Below, piece by piece: positions 9,474-19,998 of a stretch of 64,000 nucleotides of DNA. Where the stretch lies: assembly GCA_934162125.1 (NCBI GenBank), contig CAKPHU010000001.1, positions 121,352 through 185,351 of the forward strand. Reading direction: 5' to 3'. The first letter of the stretch is position 1. Every line of letters starts with the position of its first letter. The stretch is from an uncultured Bacilli bacterium. GTDB taxonomy: Bacteria > Bacillota_I > Bacilli_A > RF39 > UBA660. A model generated the notes under the pieces. The model was not told where the DNA came from. It was given only the letters and a program-made list of their open reading frames with translations, and searched no databases. The position numbers and the translations under genes were made by a program.

Positions 9474-10745
9474 TTATTCTCCTATGCAGTATGGATAATC
9501 TATTTCTTTAATTGTTACATTTACAAAAGTATTATGTTCTAATTCTTTAGCAATTTTAACATGTAGGTAGTTACTTGTATGACCATAACTATAACCATCT
9601 TTTGTCTCTTCAATTAGAACTTCTTCTGTTTTATTTAAGAACTTTTTAGCATAAGCTATTTCTAAATCTTTAGATACTAATAATAATTCTCTAGCACGTC
9701 TTTTCTTTTCAGCTTGATCAATGTGATTAGGCATTTCCATAGCTTTGGTACCTTTTCTTTCACTGTATGGGAAGACATGTATTTTAGCAAATTCTAGTTT
9801 CTTACAAGTTTCAATGGTTGTTTGGAAGAGTTCTTCTGTTTCTCCTGGAAAACCTACAATTACATCTGTTGTAATACTAATATTTGGTCTAATCTTGCGA
9901 ATTTCTGCTATTTTAGCGAAGAAATAAGCTAAATTATATTTACGATTCATAGCTTTTAAGATCTCATCACTACCAGCTTGTAGAGGTATATGAAGATGAT
10001 CAACAATGATAGAACTTTCTCTTAAAATATCTAAAACCTCTTCATTTAATTCAGTTGTCTCAATAGAAGAAATACGTAATCTTTTAAGGCCTGGTATCTT
10101 GATAATGTCTTTTAAAAGAGAAGCGAATGATGTTTCTAAGTCGGCACCATAATTTCCTGTATGAATACCAGTTAAGACAACTTCTTGATAACCATTATTT
10201 ACGAGTGAAGTTATTTCAGATATTACTTTATCAGGATCTTTACTACGACATTTACCACGAACGTAAGGAATGATGCAATAACTACAGAAGTTCTCACAAC
10301 CATCTTGGATTTTTACAAAAGCTCTAGTACGGCCTGGGAAATTAGTTATATACATATCTTCAAATTCATCTTTTGGATCATCATATAACTTAACAATCGT
10401 TTCTTTCTTTTGAAAATATTCATCTAATAGTTCTACTATTTTAGATTTGTCTTTATTTCCTAAAACAATATCTAGGCCTTCTATTTCATAATCTTTGTTG
10501 GCTTCAATAAAACAACCCATTGCGACAACACATGCATGAGGATTCTTCTTTATGGCACTACGAATCATCTTTTTAGACTTAATATCACTTGTATTAGTAA
10601 CGGTACAAGTATTTATAATATAGACGTCACAAATATCATCAAATGACTTTATTTCGTAGCCATTATTCTTTAATAAATTCATAACGTATTCACTCTCATA
10701 CGTATTTACTTTACATCCTAATGTTAATATTCCAACTGTTCGCAT
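9474..10745 (-). CDS. mtaB: tRNA threonylcarbamoyladenosine methylthiotransferase MtaB-like enzyme (radical SAM MiaB/RimO family)
   Basis: 423 aa with an MTTase N-domain (GCKVNTYESE), a radical-SAM CxxxCxxC (CENFCSYC) and a C-terminal TRAM-like region. The size fits MtaB/YqeV. Confidence 0.75.
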   Translation of the reverse strand: MRTVGILTLGCKVNTYESEYVMNLLKNNGYEIKSFDDICDVYIINTCTVTNTSDIKSKKMIRSAIKKNPHACVVAMGCFIEANKDYEIEGLDIVLGNKDKSKIVELLDEYFQKKETIVKLYDDPKDEFEDMYITNFPGRTRAFVKIQDGCENFCSYCIIPYVRGKCRSKDPDKVISEITSLVNNGYQEVVLTGIHTGNYGADLETSFASLLKDIIKIPGLKRLRISSIETTELNEEVLDILRESSIIVDHLHIPLQAGSDEILKAMNRKYNLAYFFAKIAEIRKIRPNISITTDVIVGFPGETEELFQTTIETCKKLEFAKIHVFPYSERKGTKAMEMPNHIDQAEKKRRARELLLVSKDLEIAYAKKFLNKTEEVLIEETKDGYSYGHTSNYLHVKIAKELEHNTFVNVTIKEIDYPYCIGE

Positions 10746-11375
10746 CTAATCACTACTTTCTTTAAATTTTTGATACCAGGTATCTAGTTTGTTTTTAGTG
10801 TTTTGATAAGCTTCACCAATCTTCTCTTCAACTGGGGCTACACTTTCTTTATATCTTTCTAGATCATCATTAATAGTTTTTACTAATTCATTATAAGCTT
10901 CTTCCCCTACTTTTTCTTTATAGGAATTTAGAACTTTATCTTTTAATTCGATAGTACGTTCTTTAATATTTGTATAAGTTTTACTACCTTGTTTTTTAAT
11001 TTCTTCTCTTAGTCCAGGATACTTCTCATCTATTTTGTTATTCAAGTTATTATAATAAGTTAGAACTTGTATCTTAACTTCATCAGTTAATTCATTAAAA
11101 GTTTTATTATTAATAGTTCCACCATAAAAAATAAAGTCTGTTAAAGTTATAAAGGACTCTTTTAAAGATGATTTAGTTATAGTTTTTTCATCATTTAAAG
11201 CATTCTCTTGTTCTCTAATATAAGTATTTATTTCAGTATTTGAAACATTTTCAGTGTCTACTATATTAGTGCTTGTAGAACTATTTACTAAGTCTTTGTC
11301 ATTAGCAATTGACATGGTCTTACCTGCTAATAAGATAGAAGCTAGAAATGCTAATACTATAAATGTTTTTTGCAT
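10746..11375 (-). CDS. Hypothetical secreted coiled-coil protein with an N-terminal signal peptide
   Basis: Signal peptide MQKTFIVLAFLASILLAGKTMSIA, then a K/E-rich helical protein. Translationally coupled to mtaB. Confidence 0.5.
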   Translation of the reverse strand: MQKTFIVLAFLASILLAGKTMSIANDKDLVNSSTSTNIVDTENVSNTEINTYIREQENALNDEKTITKSSLKESFITLTDFIFYGGTINNKTFNELTDEVKIQVLTYYNNLNNKIDEKYPGLREEIKKQGSKTYTNIKERTIELKDKVLNSYKEKVGEEAYNELVKTINDDLERYKESVAPVEEKIGEAYQNTKNKLDTWYQKFKESSD

Positions 11376-11513
11376 ACTAATCCCCCCAAAGTAATTGCGA
11401 TAAAATTATATCATGTTTTCTAGTTATTTTCAATAATTCTATTTATATGGTAGACAGTAATAGTACTTTATCCCACAAAAAAATTGCATTTTTCTGCAAC
11501 TTTTTTATTCTAA

Positions 11514-12281
11514 TTACTTATCAAGAACTTTTACTAGTTTGTAAGTATCATTATCTTTAGCAAAAACAAATGAATATGTTTTCAAAGATGATGATATTTT
11601 TCTTAGTTCTGAATTTGTTAAAGTTAATTCATTATCACTAGTTGGATCACCATAGACAGCATTAGTACCATTTAAGGCATCTTCATAAGTAGCGTAATAA
11701 GCATTGTTTGGTCCGCAAGTATCAGAGCAATAATTACCATAAGCTATTTTTACAGAAATTGTATAGGTATCTTCATCAAGTTTATCAGATACATATAGAA
11801 CTCTGTTAACAGCAATACTACCAGGTCCACCATGGCCACCATGATTTTCATTATATGAATATGTCTTAGTATTTTCATCATAGTTATAAAGACTTTCATT
11901 ATCATATGGGCATAAGTAATTAGCATGTTTTATTTGAACATCTTTTAAATATTTACTAACCTCTTCATCAAGAATGGTACTAGACATTGGAAGAGAGCCA
12001 TTTTTCTCATTAAAAGCTAAGTACATACCAAAACCAATAAGTTCTTGATTAGAAAGGTTCTTGACATCAATTGGGTATTCTCCAAGGAAGTAATCATTAT
12101 AGATATCTTCGATATTAACTAATAAATCAGCTTTTACTGATTCATCAACTTTTATCTCTTCATCAGCTGGAAGAGTTGTTTTCATGTAATTCATACCTAA
12201 AATGAAACATAATGGACATAGTAATAAGGCTATGATAACTACTAAGACAATGATTATTGTTTTATACTTTTTTTCTTTCAT
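11514..12281 (-). CDS. Hypothetical single-pass membrane protein with an extracytoplasmic domain
   Basis: Start chosen at the ATG preceded by GAGGAG (MKEKKYKT...). One N-terminal TM helix. Confidence 0.5.
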   Translation of the reverse strand: MKEKKYKTIIIVLVVIIALLLCPLCFILGMNYMKTTLPADEEIKVDESVKADLLVNIEDIYNDYFLGEYPIDVKNLSNQELIGFGMYLAFNEKNGSLPMSSTILDEEVSKYLKDVQIKHANYLCPYDNESLYNYDENTKTYSYNENHGGHGGPGSIAVNRVLYVSDKLDEDTYTISVKIAYGNYCSDTCGPNNAYYATYEDALNGTNAVYGDPTSDNELTLTNSELRKISSSLKTYSFVFAKDNDTYKLVKVLDK

Positions 12282-12325
12282 AATTTCTCCTCTTTTCAAA
12301 AAATAACTTAAGGTTGTTTCTTAAG

Positions 12326-13633
12326 TTATTCTAAGTTCTTTTGTAGATCTTTAATCGTTGCTAAAAACTCATTTGTTTTCTTTATTTCAGCATCTAACTT
12401 TTCGTAGTTAGCAGTATTTTCAAGTTCCATGTCATTACTATTTCTAGTTTTCTCAATACCATAGATTGGAGAGATGACTGGACTAATTTTAAATACTTCT
12501 GTTTTATAAGCATTTGAGATAGGCTTTTCATTTATCTCAACAGTATTAAGATCTTCTAATACTAATTGTTCTTGTTCTTCTTTAATTGGTTCTATTGTTG
12601 GTGTTTCAATTAAAACTGGTTCAGCAGGAGTATCAAGAATTTCAGTTTCTTGTAGTGTTTCTTGAATTTGACGTTCTAGATCACTTAGACTAATTGGAAT
12701 ATTCTCATCATCATATTGACTAATTTCATTACTTTCATACATTTCTTTACTACGTTTAATTAGTTCTTCAAGACTGATGATAGCATCACGTTCTTGTTCT
12801 TCTTCAAAGCTAGTTAAAGTAATTTTTTCTTCTTGAGAAGAGGATGCTGCTTCTAATTCTTCTGTTAAGCGTCTTAATTCAGCTTGAGCTTCTTGTTTAG
12901 TTGGTTCAATACTTGTATATGTAAGTTCTTCTGTTTCTTTGACAGGTTCAATTACTTCAGGTTGAACTTCAAGAACTTCTTCTTCAGCAGTAATAGTTGT
13001 TACAGCAGGATTTTCTTCAACACTAATAGTATTTTCAATTTCTTCTTTATGCTCTTCTGGTTCTACTTTAGCTTGTTCTGTCTCAATTACTGGTACTTCA
13101 ATAGGCTCAATAGTAACTGGCTCTACTGGAGTAGTCTCTTCTATTACCTCTACTATTTCAGGTTCATCTAGTGACTCAGCAGTTAGTTCTTCTTTCTTAT
13201 TATCATTTAAAATTACTTCTTCCATAACTGCTGGAGCTGGAGTTGCGGTAATTTCTTCAATCATTGTATCAACGTTAATGGCTTTATTTTCTACTACTGG
13301 TACTGCTTTTACTTCTTCTTTTTTCTCTACTACTCTATTTATTGGTTCTACATAAACAAAATCATTATTACTAATAGGTTCTAATACTGGTTCATTATAA
13401 GTATTTTCAATATTCAAAAGGCTATCAGTATTAGTCATATCATTTTCTTTAGCTAATTCTATATTTATATCTTCTACTAATTGATTTAATTCCTTAGTAT
13501 TTTGTCTTCTCTTTCTTTTATAATAACTACGATCAATCATAAAAATTACGAAGTAAATAAAGCAGGCAATTCCAGTTACAATATAGACAACTATCATCTC
13601 TTGGGATGTTAATAAATTGATAATATTGCTCAT
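12326..13633 (-). CDS. Hypothetical membrane-anchored protein with a long acidic Glu/Pro/Val-rich low-complexity region
   Basis: N-terminal TM helix followed by KRKRRQ, then E/P/V/T-rich repeats. Start chosen at the ATG preceded by AAGAGGTG. Confidence 0.5.
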   Translation of the reverse strand: MSNIINLLTSQEMIVVYIVTGIACFIYFVIFMIDRSYYKRKRRQNTKELNQLVEDINIELAKENDMTNTDSLLNIENTYNEPVLEPISNNDFVYVEPINRVVEKKEEVKAVPVVENKAINVDTMIEEITATPAPAVMEEVILNDNKKEELTAESLDEPEIVEVIEETTPVEPVTIEPIEVPVIETEQAKVEPEEHKEEIENTISVEENPAVTTITAEEEVLEVQPEVIEPVKETEELTYTSIEPTKQEAQAELRRLTEELEAASSSQEEKITLTSFEEEQERDAIISLEELIKRSKEMYESNEISQYDDENIPISLSDLERQIQETLQETEILDTPAEPVLIETPTIEPIKEEQEQLVLEDLNTVEINEKPISNAYKTEVFKISPVISPIYGIEKTRNSNDMELENTANYEKLDAEIKKTNEFLATIKDLQKNLE

Positions 13634-13764
13634 TGTCGTCACCTCTTAATATAAGAATAGCACAACTGTTTTTAGAAATAAAGATACAATGTTAAAATAT
13701 AAAATATTTGACAGAAGTTTTTACAAGCAAACATATTTTTTTACTTTGGAACATAAAATTTAGT

Positions 13765-15072
13765 ATGAGAGAAAAGTTTATAAAATCAACACTTATTTTA
13801 CTAGTTGGAGGAGCAATTACTAAAGTTTTAGGAATGCTTATTAAGATTATTACAAATAGACTTATTGGGCCAGAAGGAATTGGACTTTATATGTTGATTC
13901 TGCCAACTTTTATTCTTTTTATTAGTGTCAGTCAATTAGGAATGCCTACGGCTTTAGTTAAGATGATTGCGGAGGATAAGAAAAACAACCGGAATTTGTT
14001 TTTTTCTATTGTACCGATTGTTTTACTGTTTAATTTGTTTTTAATTATTGTGATACTATTGGGAGCTAATTTTCTATCTTTAAGACTTTTACATAATAAA
14101 GATGCTGTTGTAGCTATACTTGCCATTGCATTAGTTATTCCATTTACTTCTATTTCTAGTATATGTAGAAGTTACTTCTTAGGTAAAGAGATGATGTGGC
14201 CTCATATTATTTCAAATATTGTAGAAGATATTGTAAGGCTTACTTTAATTATTTGTTTTACGCCTTTCTTTTTAAGGAAAGGAACAAAGTATGCAGTATG
14301 CTTTTTAGTACTTTGTAACGTTATTTCAGAGACAGCTAGTATATTAATACTATTTTTATTTTTACCAAAGAATTTAAGGATTAAAAGAAGTGATTTTAAA
14401 CCAAATAAAATATATATAAAAGAATGTTTAGATATAGGACTACCTAATACAACTGGTCGTTTTATTTCTTCTATTGGATATTTTTTAGAACCAATCATTT
14501 TAACAAATTCATTACTTTTATGTGGCTATAATAAAGATTTTATTATAAGAGAATATGGTATTTTATCAGGATATGCGATGCCATTAATACTTCTACCTTC
14601 TTTTTTTACAATGGCTATTTCACAAGCTTTACTACCAGTTATTGCGAAGAAATATAGTGATAGAGAGATTAGTTCTGTCCGAAGTAAGATTAAACAAGCT
14701 ATTTTCTTTTCACTAATAATTGGATTAGTTTGGACAATTATTCTTTTTAATGGCAATGAAATATTACTTAAATTTATTTATAATACTAATTTAGGTGGAT
14801 CTTATATTAAATTTCTTGGGCCTGTTTGCTTACTACAATATATTCAGGCTCCATTATCAGCAGCGTTAGATGCAATGGGTGAAAGTAAAGATATTATGAT
14901 GTCTGCAATATTAGGAGTTATAGTAAGAAGTATTTTAACTTTTGTTTTAGCATTCTTACACATTGGCATATGGGGCTTAATTATGGCAATTAGTGCTAAT
15001 ATTTTAGTTGTGACATTCTATCAGGCTAGTCGAGTTAGAAAACATTTAAAAGAAAAAGAGCTATATATTTAG
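13765..15072 (+). CDS. MOP-superfamily polysaccharide/lipid-II flippase-like protein (SpoVB/YtgP/MurJ-like)
   Basis: Multi-TM protein of about 435 aa whose N-terminus (MREKFIKSTLILLVGGAITKVLGMLIKIITNRLIGPEGIGLY) is typical of the SpoVB/polysaccharide-biosynthesis family. The start is uncertain: an in-frame TTG at 13708 is also possible and neither has a strong SD. Confidence 0.65.
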   Translation: MREKFIKSTLILLVGGAITKVLGMLIKIITNRLIGPEGIGLYMLILPTFILFISVSQLGMPTALVKMIAEDKKNNRNLFFSIVPIVLLFNLFLIIVILLGANFLSLRLLHNKDAVVAILAIALVIPFTSISSICRSYFLGKEMMWPHIISNIVEDIVRLTLIICFTPFFLRKGTKYAVCFLVLCNVISETASILILFLFLPKNLRIKRSDFKPNKIYIKECLDIGLPNTTGRFISSIGYFLEPIILTNSLLLCGYNKDFIIREYGILSGYAMPLILLPSFFTMAISQALLPVIAKKYSDREISSVRSKIKQAIFFSLIIGLVWTIILFNGNEILLKFIYNTNLGGSYIKFLGPVCLLQYIQAPLSAALDAMGESKDIMMSAILGVIVRSILTFVLAFLHIGIWGLIMAISANILVVTFYQASRVRKHLKEKELYI

Positions 15073-17099
15073 TTGTAAATATATAACTCATGTTGACATC
15101 TAGTACAAGCAACGTATAAAAGATTACGTTCATTAGCTTTATAAGAATTTTTACGATCATTATAAATGATAACACTATCAAATTCTAGGCCCTTCGCAAT
15201 GTAGGCTGGAATTATAATTAAATTATGTTGGAACTTCTTAGTATTAGCATCTACTAGTGAGATATTAATTTTATCTTTTAAAATATCATATAGAGCTTCT
15301 GCTTCTTTATAGTCTTTAGTAATAATAGCGGTACTCTTATAAGTACTTTGAAGAGTATTTATATCATTTAGAAGAGATGTTCCAAGTGAAGCTACATTCT
15401 TACGGAAAACAACTGGTTTATTGTTGTCTCTACGAATGGCATTAACATGTTTCAAGTTTAAAATCTTATTAGTGTACTCTATTATTTCTGGAGAAGAACG
15501 ATAAGTTTTTAATAGTTCTAAGTACTTAGTACTGCCTTTGAATAAATCTTTTAATTCTTCTAGAGAACTATATTTGTAATAAGGATTAATATTTTGATTA
15601 ATATCTCCTAAAATAGTAAAGTCTGCTCTTTGGAAGATCTTAGAGATAATGATGTATTGAAGACGATTATAGTCTTGTGCTTCATCAATTACGACTTGTT
15701 TAATATTATTTTCATATGGGAAACCTTCAAGCATACCTTTGATATAAGAAAATAGTAAAGCATCTTCATAATTGATAATTTTTTTATTGACGAAAGATTT
15801 TATTTCTATTTCACTTAGCGGATGTCTACAAAATTTACTAGTCCAGAAAGAGGAATAAATTTGTTTATAGTCTTTAGTAAAATTAGAGGCTTCTTTTAGT
15901 AATTTACCAAAAGTTTTAGCTTTTTTATTACTACCTTTGTAGAAGTTAGATGATAAGCGTTTGGACATTTCATCAATTCTTGCGAAAAGTGGGAAACGAT
16001 CATACTTATAAGTTAACATTTCATTTAATTCTTCTTTTAGAACAACATTAAATTCATTTTCAATAACATCTTCTGTAAACTTACAGTTAGAAATGTAGTC
16101 AGCTAAGTAAGCATCCAAGTCAGCTATTATTTCATCACTTTGTTTGTATTCTACTAATTCAGGATTTTCTTCTTTATAGCTGTAATATCTAGAAACAAAG
16201 TCTGTAAATGTTTCAATGTTTTGGTATTCAGTGATGAAATAAGATAAGTAATCATTAAATGTTGTTTGAAGAGTATTACTTTCTCCTAATGAAGGTAAGA
16301 CATCAGAAATGTATTCAGTAAAAATGTTGTTAGGAGAAAAGATTAAGATATTGTTACTGGTCAAGTTTTCTAGACGATAAAGTAAGAAAGCAATACGGTG
16401 AAGAGCAACAGTTGTTTTACCTGATCCAGCAATACCTTGTACTATTAAGTTATCATCTTCTAAGTTTCTAATTACCTGATTTTGTTCTTGTTGAATGGTA
16501 TTAACAACGTTTTTCATTTTTTCACTAGACTCGGTTGCTAAAACTTCTTGAAGAACTTCATCATCAATATTTAGAGAATTATCAAAGACTCCGACTAACT
16601 CATTATTTTCTATTTTATATTGACGTTTTCTTTTTAAGGTGCCTGAAACAATACCACCTGGAGCTTTGTAGGAACAAGGTCCTGTTTCATAATCATAGAA
16701 GAGACTACAAATAGGACTGCGCCAGTCATATAAAATGTTGTTATAGTCAGCATCTTTTAAGTATGTTAGTGAAATATAAATGTTGTAGTTCTTGTGATGT
16801 TCATCTTGAAAGATAATAGATGCAAAATATGGTTTGTTTTTGATTTGACATAATCTTTTGAAATAAGCTTGTTTTTGAAGAGCTCGTTCGGCTTCATGAG
16901 ATGTTGCAGCCATAACTTGTTGCATTTCACCTTCATCGAAACTGGTAGAGTCTTCCCACATCATTTTCTTAAACTCCGTAAGTCTTTCCTCATCGGCGTA
17001 AACATCGGCGCCTAAGTCTTCTAAAGTTTTTCCTAATAGGCTTTGTACTTTAGATAAGATTTTTTGTTCTGTTTTAAATTCTTTGTCACTGATAGCCAT
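15069..17099 (-). CDS. helD: UvrD-like DNA helicase IV (HelD family)
   Basis: 676 aa with an N-terminal HelD-like region and a UvrD-type Walker A (GIAGSGKTTVALHRIAFLLY), with helicase motifs through the C-terminus. Confidence 0.7.
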   Translation of the reverse strand: MAISDKEFKTEQKILSKVQSLLGKTLEDLGADVYADEERLTEFKKMMWEDSTSFDEGEMQQVMAATSHEAERALQKQAYFKRLCQIKNKPYFASIIFQDEHHKNYNIYISLTYLKDADYNNILYDWRSPICSLFYDYETGPCSYKAPGGIVSGTLKRKRQYKIENNELVGVFDNSLNIDDEVLQEVLATESSEKMKNVVNTIQQEQNQVIRNLEDDNLIVQGIAGSGKTTVALHRIAFLLYRLENLTSNNILIFSPNNIFTEYISDVLPSLGESNTLQTTFNDYLSYFITEYQNIETFTDFVSRYYSYKEENPELVEYKQSDEIIADLDAYLADYISNCKFTEDVIENEFNVVLKEELNEMLTYKYDRFPLFARIDEMSKRLSSNFYKGSNKKAKTFGKLLKEASNFTKDYKQIYSSFWTSKFCRHPLSEIEIKSFVNKKIINYEDALLFSYIKGMLEGFPYENNIKQVVIDEAQDYNRLQYIIISKIFQRADFTILGDINQNINPYYKYSSLEELKDLFKGSTKYLELLKTYRSSPEIIEYTNKILNLKHVNAIRRDNNKPVVFRKNVASLGTSLLNDINTLQSTYKSTAIITKDYKEAEALYDILKDKINISLVDANTKKFQHNLIIIPAYIAKGLEFDSVIIYNDRKNSYKANERNLLYVACTRCQHELYIYN

Positions 17100-17233
17100 T
17101 ATATTACCTCCCTACTTCTTTTTTGAAAACTAAACGCGAAAAACTACATAGAATTCATGTAGTAATACTTGTAATAGTATATAATTTTTCGCCAAACGTC
17201 TTTTTCAATATAACATAAGTTTAGTTTAAAGAC

Positions 17234-17262
17234 AAGAAAAAATATTCCAAAATGGAATATTT
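17234..17262 (-). terminator. Rho-independent terminator (AATATTCCA-ttt-TGGAATATT followed by TTTTTT) after the 162-aa gene and before the helD promoter
   Basis: Perfect 9-bp inverted repeat plus a T-run, read on the minus strand. Confidence 0.55.
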
Positions 17263-17749
17263 AACGTGTTTTTTGTTTAATTTTTGGTTGTTCCTTGACA
17301 CTTGCGATATCTTTTTCAGAAGAATTGAAATAAGTACCGACAAAATCAATAACGCTATCAATTAAATCAGCACTTGTTTCAACCTCTTTGGTATCTGAAG
17401 TTTTAGGTGCCACATAATTTTTACCTGATGGTGATGTATAGACAATCATTTCACCATCTGGGCAACTAGAGAAAAACTCTCTTGGATTTTGTAAGCGATA
17501 AGTGTCATAATCTGTTAAAACATTGGCAGCTGCTTCACACTTTCCAACAATATAGGTTATTGGGAAAGTCATTTCATGATGATGAAGATCAGCATCTAGG
17601 AAAGCAGTCTTTTGATATATTTTAACAAGTATTGGTGCTTTTTCAGGAAATTCCAAATCCTTTAATGCTGCTACTTCTTGAGTAGAACTACACAATGTAG
17701 GAAACTCTTTAGTAGTATGAAAAGCAATTGTTAACTTGTTTTTTGACAT
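17261..17749 (-). CDS. Hypothetical 162-aa protein
   Basis: Clean ORF with an RBS-like GGAGG upstream. No family recognised. Confidence 0.5.
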   Translation of the reverse strand: MSKNKLTIAFHTTKEFPTLCSSTQEVAALKDLEFPEKAPILVKIYQKTAFLDADLHHHEMTFPITYIVGKCEAAANVLTDYDTYRLQNPREFFSSCPDGEMIVYTSPSGKNYVAPKTSDTKEVETSADLIDSVIDFVGTYFNSSEKDIASVKEQPKIKQKTR

Positions 17750-17806
17750 ATAATAACCTCCTTCATAAGCTATTATTATAACTGATATAACTCTTTTTGC
17801 AAGAAG

Positions 17807-19180
17807 TTATTTATTATACTCATTTATTAAATCAGTAAATTCTTTTTGAAGAGAATTAAGACGTTCTTCAGTTTGAGCTTCAAAACGAGCAGTAAGATTA
17901 GGTCCAGTATTAGATGCTCTAACTAGTGCCCAACCATCGTTAAATAGAACTTTAACGCCATCAATATCTAAGAAATTATATCCTTTATCGATAGCATATT
18001 CTTTTACTTTATCTACAACTTGGAACTTTTTAGTATCAGGAGATGCAAACTTTAATTCTTCTGTTGAATAGTAATTAACAATACCATCTAATAATTCATC
18101 AACAGTTTTAGTTGTGTTAGATAAAATTTCAAGAAGGCGAAGTCCAGCATATAATCCTGAGTCAAATCCTGGCCAACGATCACGGAAATAAACGTGTCCA
18201 GATAATTCACCACCAAATGGTAGATCAGCATCACGTACTTTAGCTTTAGTATAAGAGTTACCAGTACGATAACATAATGTTTTACCACCAAGGCGGTCTA
18301 TTTCATCACTTAATGACTTAGAACATTTTACATCACATAAGAATTCTTTTTTAGCAACTTTATTAATAATGTCACGAATAATGATAATCATATATTTATC
18401 AGTTGGGATAAACTTAGCAGTATTAGAAATTACTCCCATACGGTCGCCATCACCATCAAAGCCTAGTCCAACGTCAGCATTTGTTTCTAAAACTTTTTGT
18501 TTTAACTGTTCTAAATTTTTCTCAACACAAGGATCTGGATGATGATTTGGGAATGATCCATCACTTGTTCCATTAATAGTAATTAGTTCAATTGGGAACA
18601 TTTTATATAACTCTTCCGCAATAATACTAGTAGTACCATTCCCTGGGTCAATGACAACTTTTAATTTACGAGGTCCAAAATGAAGATTAGTTCTAAATAA
18701 TTCTAAATAATCATTTCTAATATCGTAATCTGTTACTTTACCTTCTCCTGTGGCAAAGTCACCTTTCTTTATGTAAGCTAAGAAATCTTGAATTTCTTGT
18801 CCTTTACAGTTACCCTTCTCATCAAAAGCAAATTTTAGGCCATTATCATCTTTAGGATTATGAGAAGCAGTTACCATAACACCACTATATACTTGTAGTT
18901 TTATACAGGCATAATAGTACATTGGAGTTGTACATAATCCTAGAGAGATAATATTAATACCTGTTTCTAAGATACCAGTCTTTAGAGCTTCATATAAACT
19001 AGGACTACTCAATCTATTATCATGTCCTATTACGCAAGTAGTTTTACCTATACTTTTGATATAACTACCAAAGCCTACTCCAACAGTATAAGCTGTTTCA
19101 TCATCTAATTCAGTAGGATAGATACCTCTAATATCATATCCACGAAAAATATTTTCATTTATATTCTCTTTTATTTTCAT
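17807..19180 (-). CDS. Phosphoglucomutase/phosphomannomutase family enzyme (alpha-D-phosphohexomutase)
   Basis: Active-site TASHNP motif (VTASHNPKDDNGLK), N-terminal FRGYDIRG and metal-binding GFDGDGDR. Start set at the ATG preceded by AAGGAGA (MKIKEN...), not at the ORF-track upstream Met. Confidence 0.8.
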   Translation of the reverse strand: MKIKENINENIFRGYDIRGIYPTELDDETAYTVGVGFGSYIKSIGKTTCVIGHDNRLSSPSLYEALKTGILETGINIISLGLCTTPMYYYACIKLQVYSGVMVTASHNPKDDNGLKFAFDEKGNCKGQEIQDFLAYIKKGDFATGEGKVTDYDIRNDYLELFRTNLHFGPRKLKVVIDPGNGTTSIIAEELYKMFPIELITINGTSDGSFPNHHPDPCVEKNLEQLKQKVLETNADVGLGFDGDGDRMGVISNTAKFIPTDKYMIIIIRDIINKVAKKEFLCDVKCSKSLSDEIDRLGGKTLCYRTGNSYTKAKVRDADLPFGGELSGHVYFRDRWPGFDSGLYAGLRLLEILSNTTKTVDELLDGIVNYYSTEELKFASPDTKKFQVVDKVKEYAIDKGYNFLDIDGVKVLFNDGWALVRASNTGPNLTARFEAQTEERLNSLQKEFTDLINEYNK

Positions 19181-19281
19181 AACATTCTCCTTATCTAAAT
19201 ACATTTTAGCCGATTTAAGATTTATTTTCAATAAATAGAGCTTTTCTTTACACAATAAAAGTCCTATTACTAGGACCTTGA

Positions 19282-19989
19282 TTATTTATTCTTTGACTCA
19301 TTAATTTTCTTAATAAAGTTTTCACGCATTTTAGCAAAATGTTCTCTTGAGTCATTAGCGTTAGGGAAAGATCTTAATAAACGTTTGATTAAGAAACCAT
19401 TTTCTTTTAAGTCTGCTATTATTTTATTTTTTACTTCACTAGTATTATCTTTAGCATACTTATTGAAAGAACCATTGAACTTAATAACAGTTCTTAGTGA
19501 AATTAAAAAGTCGGTATAGAAGATTACAGATAAGATAATAGCAACTACTAAAGCAGTATGAGGACTCATCTTCATAATTAGTCCTTCAAAGAAACTGTTG
19601 ACATAGCGAATTATAAAAATACCTGCTACTCCAAAGAGAATACCATTTTCTAGACAGACACGACCATTGATGTTGAACTTTTTATCAGAATAGTTCCACC
19701 AACGAAGATGGAAAAGTTTCTCACCGATATAGCTAGTTAAATACTCTAGAGTAAGACAAACAATCATGCTCATAATAAATAAAGCAAATATATCATCATA
19801 GTACTTTTTTAAAATAAGTACCATTAAAATTGAACCTGTTCCAAAGATTGGAATATATGGTCCAATTAAAAAGCCCCTACTCCATACAACTTTTCCTTCA
19901 ATCATACTAACAGAAATAGATTCAACAATGTAGCCTAAGACTGAGTAAATAAAAAATAAAATAAATAAATTAACATAATTGTATTCCAT
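19282..19989 (-). CDS. Polytopic membrane protein, possibly of the CmpB/DUF1113 putative ABC-transporter type IV family
   Basis: About 5 TM helices. The GFLIGPYIPIFGTGS motif resembles that family. Weak assignment. Confidence 0.4.
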   Translation of the reverse strand: MEYNYVNLFILFFIYSVLGYIVESISVSMIEGKVVWSRGFLIGPYIPIFGTGSILMVLILKKYYDDIFALFIMSMIVCLTLEYLTSYIGEKLFHLRWWNYSDKKFNINGRVCLENGILFGVAGIFIIRYVNSFFEGLIMKMSPHTALVVAIILSVIFYTDFLISLRTVIKFNGSFNKYAKDNTSEVKNKIIADLKENGFLIKRLLRSFPNANDSREHFAKMRENFIKKINESKNK

Positions 19990-19998
19990 AATACCTCA

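Noticed and set aside
13708-13764. ORF-track N-terminal extension of the MOP flippase from 13708
   Set aside because: 13708 is a TTG with no SD. The family's conserved N-terminus begins at MREKF (13765). The extension is probably untranslated and overlaps a promoter-like TTGACA.
17807-19255. Upstream Met extensions in the ORF track for the phosphohexomutase, the ruvB gene (31407), the TasA-like gene (59477), the ZIP gene (20763) and parE (6795)
   Set aside because: In each case an internal ATG with a strong, properly spaced SD matches the family's usual N-terminus. The upstream 'Met' codons are GTG/TTG or lack an RBS; for 59477 they are the SD sequence itself.
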